Shown one piece after another: positions 28,801 through 39,487 of a stretch of 64,000 nucleotides of DNA. The notes beneath the pieces were generated by a model. The model searched no databases and was not told where the DNA came from. It saw only the letters and a list, made by a program, of their open reading frames with translations. The position numbers were made by a program, and so were the translations under genes. The stretch is from assembly GCA_043228905.1 (NCBI GenBank), contig JBHGNT010000017.1, positions 682,001 through 746,000 on the forward strand, read 5' to 3'. Within the stretch, counting starts at the first letter, position 1, and every line of letters starts with the position of its first letter. This DNA comes from Azolla caroliniana (taxonomy: Eukaryota > Plantae > Polypodiophyta).

Positions 28801-31800
28801 AAACTGATAAAAGGAAATAGAGGGTTGGCTGCAGAATGAAAACCGAGTTGAATGGGAGAAAACATTATGAGTGGAGGTTATAGAGACCTTACAACTCTCG
28901 TACCATGTGAGAAAACTGTTATGAACAATAGTAAGGTACCAAAGAGGCTAGCAGCAGTTTAAAAAAAACTAAACAAGAACCATATTTTGTAATAATGAGA
29001 GTGGGTTTGGCCACAAAAATGGGAGCTGCAATAAATATGCCTAGGAGCATAATGTGTATAGTACGTTTGATGAACATTACATCATAGGAAGAGCCTCAGG
29101 CTCTATTAAAAGGATATTGAGGCAAATATGCGCAGAAGAACTCTTGGTCAGCCTCTTGGTTGTATGCAAGAGTAGCCAGCATTGTGGAGTTTATGCACTC
29201 TGTGGGTGGCTTTGTAACTGAATCATGGGAGATGCACTTTGTGGGTGGCTTTGTAACTTAATCATGGGAGATGGTTTTGTATGTTTCTGGACTTTCCTTG
29301 TGAGTCTTTTTTCCTTTTTAGGAAAAAGTACAGAATACTTCAACTTGCTCCAGCTTCCATAGTTTAATGAGGTTGTCTTAGATTCAATAAATGAATCAAC
29401 AGATGCATGTTTTCTGAAGCTCTAAAAGGACAATACGGCATATGTTTATGCATTTTGATTTTAGCTGTATTTTGATGGAAATGGATATGTAATCTTCATT
29501 AAAATGGATCTGATCTGTAATCTTTTGTACAATGCAGGTTACAATATATGATCTTATCATCGAAGGCTATGTGAAGCCATTGACTAATAGAAAATTTGCC
29601 ACCAAGGACATTCCACTGTCTTGGCATAATATTCTCAAAGGAACCACAGGAAATATAGGAGTTTTTACGTTAATGTCATTCTACTTAATTTTTCGCATCA
29701 AAGAGGTGCACATTATGCAACATATGAAAAATATTAAGCTCAGTAAAGGCAGTAATGAGGGCAGACAGATAACAGACGATGATAAAAATTATGCGTGCAA
29801 CTTTTATATGCTACTTGTCTTGCATAAATATCCATTGAGGATCAAGGTAAATTTTCTTGGCTTCTATGGGTCATTGTGTGCTGCAATAATTTTTGTTTAC
29901 ATTTCTGATAAGTTACTTTTTGTGAAGTCTTTTGAAAAATCAACAGATAAAACCAATATAAGCTTCTGTCTTGAGGCAGTCAGACTTCCTTATACTCTGT
30001 GCATGCTCCATCAGCTCAAAGGTAATGAAAAAATAGATGAATTTCAGGGCTCTTGTGTACTTTGCACCGCATCTAGATTATGCCAGACAAAACAAAGCTC
30101 CACAGTTCCTGGCATATTGAGGAGAGCAGTGGATCAGAAACAAAACTATGGAGTGTATGGCTATACACATCATCACGCTGTGCTTAGAAAAGGAATTATA
30201 TGCAGTGAACCGAAAGTTGAAAGGGTACTACTTCAGTTCAGGAATAGGGATTTTGGATTTCATCAGGTATTCTATTTCACCTTATGGCAACAGACCAACT
30301 GTGAGGTTGTAAATATTGGTGTTAATACTTGATTTTTTTTTGTAGGGTATTAAGATTGGTCAATATTATCTCATGGAATGCTTACCACCTTGTGCGGTGG
30401 TAACAGTGGATACAGGCAACCGTTTTTTAAGCATGGTGGTTGAGTATACCTCTGATATTCAGGTATCCTCTGGCCACATGTGTTGCTCAATGTGTGCATA
30501 GCACCCCATTTTTGTAAAGGATAGAAATCCCGAAGGAAATGTTTAATTTGAACTCAAGTTGAGAAACAAGAGGGTTTATTTGTTAAGAAAATAAATTGAT
30601 GAAATCAATCTAAGCTACTGCCTGGAGGCAATCAGACTTAAACTGTGTGCAAAGGCTAATGAAAAACTGTGTGCATGAACTTCAGGGTTCTTTTGTACTT
30701 CGCCTCATTTGTAAATTATGCCAGTCAAAACAAAGCATCAAAGTTCCTGGCATATTGTGGAGAGCAGTAGATCAGAAACAACAGTGTTGGGTGTATGGCT
30801 ATACATATCATCACACTGCTGAGAAAAGGAAATATAGGTAGTGAACCAAAAGCCGAAAGGGTACTGTTATAGGATTTCATCAGGTATTCCATTTCACTTT
30901 ATGGCAACGAACCAACATAGTTGAAGATGTAAGATTCACACGTAGCACGTGTTAGGAATATGTCTCTCCAATGGGAGAAGCCGACTGGTCGGATTGAGCC
31001 GACAGTAGAAGACAAGGGGAAGCCGACTAGTCGTGCCGATGTCGTGTGGTTTTTCACACACGATATGAAAACTAGTAAAACAATTATTTAAGATTAGCTT
31101 AATGTATTCGTATGGAAAGATAGATGTCTTCAAGAGTTTCATAACGTATTTTACTACGCATGAAACGGATAAACAAGTATCGAGTTATGTGAGTGTGAAG
31201 TTTGAAGAAAAAAAAGAAAAGACAAAACTGTGAGCTATCCCACATAGATAGGACAACATTGGAACCCAGGATATATAAGGGAAACCAAAACATATTCATT
31301 ATATCAATGTGTGGAGCACACAATGTTCAAGGTGACTTGCGCTACACTGTGTGGTGTGCACGTTTCGGACGTACACGCGTGTGCACGGCCGTGTGCACGC
31401 TTCGGGCATACGCGCGTGTGCACGGCCGTGTGGACGTTTCTGGCGTACGCGTGTGCACGACCGTGTGGACACTTCGGGCGTACACGCGTATGCATTGGCG
31501 CGTGGACGTTTTCGGGCGTACGTGTGCACGGCCTCGTGGGATGCGTGTGTGCGGACGAGCGCGCGGATGCGTACATGGTGCGGTCAGGACGCGCGTGTGC
31601 GGATGTGTACACGGTGCGGTCGGGATGCGCGCGTGCGTGCGTGCATACACTACGCAGTTGGGACTTTTGCGCGCGGACGCGTCTACGGTTTGGTTGCGAC
31701 GCACGTACGGATTGCGCATGGGCTAAACTTTATGGATGATTGGGTCATTCGGCTGAATTATACGGACGGTCGCATGCAACTAAAAGCCAAGGCCATGCAA

Positions 31801-34800
31801 CTAAAAGTAAAAGGCATGCAACAAAAAATGGAAGCATGCAACTAAAAGTAGAGGCCATGTAACTAAAAGTGGACATGCAAAGTAACATTGGGAAAGAGGA
31901 TCAACAAAGAGCTCGATATATGTTCCATTTTTTCCCTCTAGGTTTATTTTATTTTATTTTTTCTTTTCCTTCTTCTTTTCTCTCCCATTCCTTGGGGTAA
32001 GAGATCTCTCTCATATTGATATGGGACCACTCCTTACATGGTTGTTGACTCCTTCCTTCCAAGAATAATCTCTGATATTGATATCAGACCACTCCTTACA
32101 TGGTTGTTGGCTCCTTCCTTTCAAGAATAATCTCTCATATTGATATCGGACCACTCCTTACATGGTTGTTGGTTCCTTCCTTTCAAGAATAATTGCTCAT
32201 ATTCATATTGGACCACTCCTTATATGGTTGTTGGCTCCTTTAAAAATTTTATCGCTCATTTTCATCTCCAACTCGTTGTAACAAGATTCTCGAATTATAA
32301 AAGAATATATTTTCTTATGCACTAAAGGAACGTTTTCTCTCGTCTACTCGTCTTATATGTGAATTTTGCTTGTGTTGTACGTGTTGCACTAAATCCTTCT
32401 ATCCTTCTAGTCCAGAACCCCAGCGGTTCCACCTCGCGATCCGCCATAGCTGTGTGAGCTCAGACGCCAAGAGCCCTGCATGGCTGATACACTCTGTATA
32501 GAGAGAGTGTTGTATACTGTCTCCTTTGTATTCTCCCATGTATAGTGGATCTCTGTTCCTATGGTTTTTCCCATTTAGGATTTCCACGTAAAACTGTGTA
32601 TTCTGTGCATTTGCGGTTTTCTGTTTCCGCCTATTGTGTATTGCACATTCGGTCTTCCTCACGAATCTTAGGTGATTGAACCCCATCTGCATGAGTATAG
32701 AGTTTCTGGTTTCTATACTCAATTGGCGAGTAACAGGGTTCTAAGTTCTAACCCGTACTTTCAATATCACAATTTGACACTCTGACCACTAACCTATACG
32801 TGTCCCCAAAGAGAAGAAGTGCTAACTTCCCATTCCTTCAGATTCAGAATGGGCCTACCCAATTTAGACACGTCCGTACCAGTTATCGGATTCAAACTGA
32901 TAACCTGGAGCAGATTCAAAGTCTGTCATATCTTTTGGCTTCTTACCTGCCGCATATTCTCACTTGTGTAATTTAATAAATGTATTTGTTGTATTTACAG
33001 CTGGAATCATTTCTCTTGTAATGTTCAAAAATATCACTTGTCCCTTGCTTTCTAAACTGGAACGAGTTGCTGGTTACGAATTTACAGCTCATCCCATGGA
33101 TCACTACTCTTGAGTCCTTTTTGGTGGCTTTGCATGACTTATGTCACTAACCTCCCACGCCAGATTTCAGGTGATTAAGCCCTCTGTAGATAAAATATGA
33201 GAAATCATAGAAATATGAAGAAAATGGTATATGGGAAGGACTAGATGCAAGAAGATCTGCGAAAATGGTATTTGGGAAGAACTCCCAATTACTTTGTTGT
33301 AACAATTCATAGATGTCTTTAATGAGAATGAGAATGTCTTATATCTCGGCCTTTTTAAAAGAGTTAGAGAATGAGAAGGAAGGTTTCCTTTATGTTCTTC
33401 TTCACTCTCTTTCTTCTCAATCATTGAGTTTTCAAGATGACAATATTCGGTAAGGATCATCTCTGTTCAAATATAATTGAAGTAAAGATTTATTTGAAAC
33501 GAAATTGCGGTTCAAGGATTACTAATTTATCATGTCCCAATCACCTTCTGCAGGTGTCTCCCCTTGAAGCATCAGAGTTGCCATTGGTTGATATTATTTT
33601 AAAGGTTCCATTATCTCTTAAGCAGGGTTTTGATTCTATCCTAGAAGATGTGAGGAAAAATATTTCTCCAGTGTTATCTGTCAGTGAGGTACTCGAACGG
33701 AAGATATGTTACAGTGGAATTTATCATAGCACTGAAGAGCACATAGAGCAATCTAGACTTTTGAAGGGTTCTTTAATTTCCTTTATTGGTGTGATTGAAA
33801 GAATTGAACCATTTCCATTCATAAACGGTGGTTTTTCGACAAGTAATCATCATGAGAGCTTCTCCAAGATGCTTCTAGTGAGGGATGTAAATAGCTCATC
33901 ATTGGTATGGGAATTTATCGTTAATGTCTGTTTTCATTTTGTTTTTAAATATGCATTGAGAATTCAATGTATATATAGGTAAAAGTCAAACTTGATCCTG
34001 ATTATCATATTCTTCCTCCTGGATTTGGACCAACAGCAGTTGTGACACTGCATCGGGTTCTTTTGCAGCTGTAAGCTTTATTCCTTTAATCTCATTAAAT
34101 AAAAAGCTCAGATTTGTAGTTCTCCAGCAAAAGTTTTTCTTCATTATTTGCAGATCTGCTGATGGAGAGATGATTCTCAATTGTATTTCATCTACATTAG
34201 TTGTAGTTGATAGCATTTCCTTGGACAGCTACATGGCACTAGATGGGACATTGATATTGCACAATGCTACTGCTCTTACACATAATGTGATGCAACAAGT
34301 GAATTCGATGAAGATTGATGCTATGTTCCGAAGTGATCATGTTCCCAATTTGCTTAAAATCCAATGCCAGGTAGGTTTTCTTCTAATTTGATGATAAAAA
34401 TGAAAAATGCAGAATTCTGCTTTGCATTTCATACTTGACATACAAGTAATCACAAACTTGGCAAGCACTACTGAAATCTATTAACTCCAGCTGGTGAATA
34501 GATATGTTAAAGGAAAAAGCCTATATGAAGGGCCAGAGCATCAAATATTCCAGCTGCTGAAGAGACACACCATAGCCAATAACTAATGATGTAATTTCAA
34601 AAGCCTGTATGAAGGTTCACTGGTGATTGAAGACTTGTAGCAATGTTTGGGAATATTGGGTTAGATGTAAGCTGAAAACCCTAGAATGTGTGTAAACTCA
34701 GTTAGAGCTAACCTGAAAACTCTTAGATGTGTACAAACTTTGTATTTTGCGATATAATCAAAGGTACTGTAACACAAAACTGTTGAGGAGATGTCTCAGA

Positions 34801-36356
34801 AGTGAGATTTGGCATGAGTTACATATGTGCACAGTTTACCAACCAGATTAAACACCTTTAAAATCACTTAATGCATTTCTTGTAACTTTCCATGGTCAGA
34901 TTTTTTTGTTCACTGACTTAAGTAACATGACTAGCAGATGGTGTCTGTGGAGTGGATTCTTTTTGAAAGGAACGAAGCTTTGGATTGTAAAGGAGAATAC
35001 AGCACTGTTCAAAGCATAAATTATAGAGTTTCATATATGTTCTTTACTATAGGTTTGTTCAAATATCTTTGCTCTACCCTTTGTATCCCTTTCCTTTTTA
35101 CTGTACGTGTTTGGTGCGCTACCTGATCTAATTTCTAATGACTAAAACTAATCAAAGAAGAGAGCATAATCATGCCCTACAGTAATATTGTTTTTGATTC
35201 AAGGGAAAATTCAAGTCCTTTCAGTTTCGCATTATTTTGCACCTTGTGTAAACAAAACATTAAATTGTTTAGATCTAGTGTGCACGAACAAGGCACTTAT
35301 TCCCAAGGGTCCTTTTGCTATGCGTCTTTATGGGAAGCTATAAGATTTTAGTTAACATGTGTGGTTGCAAGATATTACTCATGACTGGTAGAAAATTTTC
35401 ATCAAATGGACACTGTATCCAATAAACTCTATAAGATTTTAGCTAAGATGTGTCATTTGTTGAGATCATGTTGCAATATACTATCCATGACTTCTAGAAA
35501 TATTCATTTAGCATAATGTGGTCACTCGAGCAGCTATCGCTGCTTTTTATGTTTCTGCAGGTTTTCTCATGTGGTCTTCTGTGTTTCACCAGGAGTGCAT
35601 GCTGTCTTTTATGGTTTATCTCAGTGTTTCTATGGGCCATAGATGTTTTTAACATTATTTAGTGGCTGCTTCTACCATTTTCATGGTGTTTTCCTCTGCT
35701 GTTTTTAAGTGGGTTTAGATAATAACCCTGCTGTTAAGTGGTATTTGAACCAGGTGTATGCACTAATTAAAAGAGAGAAATGTGTCTTCACAGATGATGG
35801 CTCTGGTCTAATAAGATGTTGGGCAAAAGATGATGTGGCAGAAAACTTTCTAAACTTACCAGTACATATTGATCAGTCTCTCGAAAATATCATTTCATCT
35901 GAAGCCATGATCAATGCGAGACACTTGAATCTTCTCCTCAAGAAGTATGGCATGATCATGCTGCATTCTCTGGGTCATGCACATGACGTTTCCAACGACC
36001 GTATTATGTTTTATGATGGGAAAGATCGAACTTTAGACTTCGACGAACAGAAATTCTTGTATGCTCTTATTAGAAAAGCATGCCATGGAGTTTGTTTGGT
36101 GAGTTTTTCTATGTCCATCCTTTTTAACAGATCTCCAAATGGAACTCATAAATAATTTTAACTGAATATTCTGTTCATTCAGGAAATAATTGCTGAACAT
36201 TCCGAACCAGAAACAACGCACAACTTTGGCCACATCGGTTGGAATAATTACACTGATTTACCTCACCTCCAGGCCATGAAAGTTAATACTCTGAATTATG
36301 AAAGTTATTTAAGTCTGCTATGTCAGGAACTTTCTGAAACCTTGAAACCTTCATAA
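16806..36356 (+). CDS. CTC1: CST complex subunit CTC1 (conserved telomere maintenance component 1), ~1354 aa, 19 exons
   Basis: Hand-spliced exons with GT..AG junctions and consistent phase: 16806-16970, 17504-18092, 18429-19018, 19314-19432, 20275-20349, 20442-20520, 25006-25068, 25173-25250, 25768-25950, 26103-26207, 29538-29846, 29928-30266, 30346-30462, 33554-33904, 33979-34070, 34154-34370, 34938-35052, 35794-36098, 36183-36356. Plant CTC1-like motifs: CLAFSDDSDTICC..WSFIP..LEI; YIGVVT..ELDGCIWLLL..HGLRVGATV; GRLQLVDATGAIDVVIPDL; PPGFGP..VTLHRVL; FTIDDGSG. A small exon between 30462 and 33554 could have been missed. Confidence 0.9.
19552..20042 (+). mobile_element. Possible solo-LTR-like insertion in CTC1 intron 4
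   Basis: Begins TGTTGG and ends TAACA. Contains TATAAATAGG at ~19811 and a ~34-bp tandem duplication (TTCTCTCTCTAGAATCTGCAA..AAATGCC). No clean TSD seen. Confidence 0.35.
20700..24650 (-). mobile_element. Nested/decayed Ty3-Gypsy retrotransposon remnants in CTC1 intron 6
   Basis: Minus strand ~22130-22330 reads GPIY..GYIDESLESEFIQHS..KKKDGSL..YQGLNKV across frameshifts, resembling the start of a Gypsy RT. A gag-like RFDNQNIPKFLMLY lies at 24182-24457. An LTR-like segment with CCTATAAATAGG (minus) lies at ~21145-21787. Boundaries are approximate. Confidence 0.7.
23118..23375. repeat. ~132-bp diverged tandem duplication
   Basis: CCTAGTGCC..GAAGATGGTTCAT..ATAAGTC..TGTAGTGT appears twice in succession. 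Confidence 0.75.
26321..29050 (-). mobile_element. Internally deleted Ty1-Copia element in CTC1 intron 10
   Basis: Minus strand: PBS-like TGGTACGAGAG at ~28895-28905; protease motif WIMDSGCTSYM at ~27776-27810; RT start EWKATMEVELHSLERNQTLELV..VIGLKCIFKTK (26961-27209); RNase H-like RTRHIKVCQYFV (26570-26773); PPT-like purine run at ~26555-26570. Both ends share GTGAGAAAACT..AAACTAAACAAGAAC, consistent with LTR remnants. Confidence 0.85.
30590..30936 (+). pseudogene. Degenerate tandem duplicate of CTC1 exon 12 plus its donor site (pseudo-exon)
   Basis: Aligns by eye to 29940-30315 (e.g. LCQSKQSIKVPGILWRAVDQKQ..VYGYTYHH vs LCQTKQSSTVPGILRRAVDQKQ..VYGYTHHH). It carries deletions and an in-frame stop, but retains CATCAG|GTATT. 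Confidence 0.88.
31350..31730. repeat. CpG-rich degenerate minisatellite (~35-bp unit, ACACGCGTGTGCACGGCCGTGTGGACG...)
   Basis: Very high GC against an AT-rich background. Repeated ACGCGTGTGCACG motifs; explains the stop-free ORFs in all six frames. Confidence 0.85.
32005..32240. repeat. 62-bp tandem repeat, ~4 copies
   Basis: GACCACTCCTTA(C/T)ATGGTTGTTG recurs at 32025, 32087, 32149 and 32211. Confidence 0.92.
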
Positions 36357-37430
36357 GAATATTACTTAGGTTCTCACATAAAAGATGGTTTATGAATTTC
36401 TTATGAGCGGCTTACTGCTTCAATTCCATATAGTCGTATTGAGGAATGCAGCTTTGTGCTTAAAAGTGCCTCAGATGTGAAGGAAGCATGTCGTGTCATT
36501 GCATTTATGTGAACAATCCACTTGGGCTTGATACATTAGCAGCATTCAGCGCCATACTCTGAAGCTGATTCCTTTCAGGTAAGATTGAGCTGCTTATTGA
36601 GAGGTATTCGTTATTTTTCAAAAGAGAATAAAATTTTGTCATTTTGCATTGTTATAATGGATCATAATATAACGAGTTATTTCTCTTTATATAATCCCTC
36701 TCAATTTATGGTTATGCTTGATATCTTACCTTTTGGATAATTTGGAAATATTGGCCTCTTGCAGGCAGGTGATGATGCTTATAGGCTTCCGTGTGCTCAT
36801 ATATTGTTGACAATGGTTAGATCCTGTGACAAAACACTCCTCATGCACAAAAGACAAGATGCTGTCCGAATTGAATGCTATAGTTGAAGGTCAATGTTGC
36901 ATATTTATGATGCTTTCCACCGGTGAAGGAAGATTTCATGTCTCACATAGGAACATCAAGTTTTAAGGAGCTTAATGAAAGATCAACAGCCACAACACTG
37001 TTCAACATTATGAGATGATAGAATTCTGTCATATTGAATGTGAAGGACTGGTCTATGCACAAAAGACAAGATGCTGTCCGAGTTGAATGTGAAGGACTGG
37101 TCTATGTGCAGGCTCTCAATTAATATATCTGAAACAGTCCCAAACCCATAAGATGAAGTGGACTGTCCCCAACGGTTTCACTTCATGCTGAACTGCAAGG
37201 CGGTTTCACTTCCCAATGGCATATAAACTGAAAAATCTTCTTTGGGGTGGACATGGATTGATCGGGTTCTGCTTTTCTGTCTTTATCTACACGAAGAATG
37301 GAGTGAGTCACAGGATTGTTTATAATAAGAAGGTATGGCGCTTTTCTTTACTCATAATAATTCAAAGCCTGAAACAATTCAAAGCTATACAAGATCTTCA
37401 GACATCACATACACGTCCTATAGATTTATG

Positions 37431-37535
37431 TTTATGTAATTCTTCATTGAATCTTCTCCCAGCATTCTTTAGAACTAGATATTTTGCTAACTTTTGCTGC
37501 CATCCAAAGTCATCATGAATTGGAAAGACATTATT
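37431..37535 (-). pseudogene. Displaced partial copy of SAP30BP exon 4 with its acceptor site
   Basis: Near-identical to ~48095-48203. The minus strand reads tggcag|QKLAKYLVLKNAGRRFNEEL versus the gene's QKFAKYLVLKNAGRSFNEEL. Confidence 0.85.
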
Positions 37536-39487
37536 TATACAGTCAAAGCTTCAACAGAATGGCGAGGACTGTAGGGATCTTATGGCAGCATGACAATATC
37601 CTTAATCATTAATAATTTATTTAAGAGAAATGTTGCCAGAAAAATATCAAGGTTTCACAAGATCTTCAGGATATCAAGCTTTTGTGAGGAGAAACGTATT
37701 TCATTATGGACATAATTTTTTGGAAACATATTTTATATTTCATATTTTATCACCACTTACAAGTGCTATGAACAGACTAAACAGACTTTTATTAAAGATA
37801 TGGATGAATGAGAAACATACACGTAAATGGCATAAATGACATGTAGTCATGGATTTTGTGCGCAACTGAGAATTGAATAAAACCACATGGAATGCTGTAA
37901 ACATAAAGCAGAAAGGGTTCCTTACAGTGGTGCTGGACGAGAAAGCTACTAGTAGCATAGGGCAGAATAGAAAGCAATACAAGCATAGCAATTGTACATA
38001 TATTTTTTGATGGGAGCTCTTCATTCTAGAAAGTTCATGACTCAAATATCTTGAAATTGGCTTACCTATGCAATGAGGATGAGAATTATACTATGAATTC
38101 TAGAACATGTGCAGCTTGAGCACAACCCAAAGATGGGAGATTCCAGCAATAGTGTTGAATGCGTATTTTCTGCAAAATTCTGCAGAAAGAGCTTATACAC
38201 TTAGAAAAAGTTTGAAAGTGTGCACATTGAGCGAAAAGAAAGGGATACAAGAACATGAGTCATTCATTCTTTTACTCCAACGCATTGGAAACTCTCCGCA
38301 TAAAATGGAGTACAGCCAAATGAGTCATTCATTCTTTAAGTACTAATGCAGCTGCATTTATGCTATTTAGGGAAATTAGCAAGACTAAATTCCAAATATA
38401 TGGAATTTATGAAAGACATTATAAAGGATGGTTACCGTATCCTCTTGATTAAGCGTCTACATGCCTAATTTTCCCCATACTAATGAATTTGTTTTGATGT
38501 TCTAATGAGATAGCTCCAATATCCATGGCTCACTTCTTCATTGTTGAAGGTGCTTGGTGTGTTTAATATGCAATTGAGCAATTGAACCACATCACTCAAC
38601 ATCTGTTTGTTTATATGCTATTTATCACTCACAATGACTCTGGGAATGAATTTTGGTAATTTGAGGCATCATTATATGTATAAAGCTTGAGATTACCATC
38701 CATAACCACATGTTCCATTCTTTCCTTGTTTTGCATTGCAGGACATTTTGATTCTACAAATTTTGGTTTAGTTTTGGTCAATGATGTACTTTGGTTAGTT
38801 AGCTATGTATAAGATCACATGCAATGTGGTTTCCTATGAACTTTTGTATACTTGTAAGTTGAAATAGTCAAAGATGGTAATTATTCTGCATTATTCAAAA
38901 GATGAAATAAAACATAAGATACTTGTAAGATGAAATTAGCTAAAAGGAAGCACATTAGACACAGAGAGCTTTACGCACCACACATCAAGCAATGGAAGAA
39001 TATTTTACATTGGTCCAAGAAAAGCATCAGTAGCTTCTTACATCAATTCGAAGTTCAGGGGAAATGTCACAAGTGCAAAAACATAATCTTTGTTTTCTAA
39101 CATTGTGTGAATGAACAAATTTTCACTAAACAAAACATGCAATATTTACAAAATAATATGGATTAAGTGTCTATTTAATATGGTCATATCCACATGATTT
39201 AAGTGCACAAAATAACATCACTACATCAAAATATTGTGGCAACTCGCAACACACATTCACACACATTTCTCATTCAGTAGGAAATTGGGCATATTGAAGG
39301 CTGAAATCAGATCACAACTCTTGCCATATAGATTAATCTTCTTGTCATCAGAAGAGAAAAAAGCATGGATAGATTAATGCTCTTGCTTCAGTATCTTTTT
39401 TCTGATTTGGTAGCAGTAAAAACAATTGACAAGTATATTGAGGAAGGGTAGAACTTGATTCTTTTAGCCAAACAAAAAGTAGTGGCC

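Larger units (their letters stand above)
30950..32735 (+). mobile_element. Young LTR-derived insertion in CTC1 intron 13
   Basis: TGTTA...TAACA termini. U5-like GGATTTCCACGTAAAACTGTGT near 32580. Contains an internal CpG-rich minisatellite and 62-bp tandem repeats. No TSD identified. Confidence 0.55.

Noticed and set aside
31202-31845. Six overlapping ORFs of 76-174 aa
   Set aside because: Artefact of a GC-rich, stop-free minisatellite; the translations are repetitive R/V/C/T/A with no domain.
32005-32240. CRISPR-like regularly spaced repeats
   Set aside because: Whole 62-bp units are repeated with no unique spacers; eukaryotic context with no cas genes.
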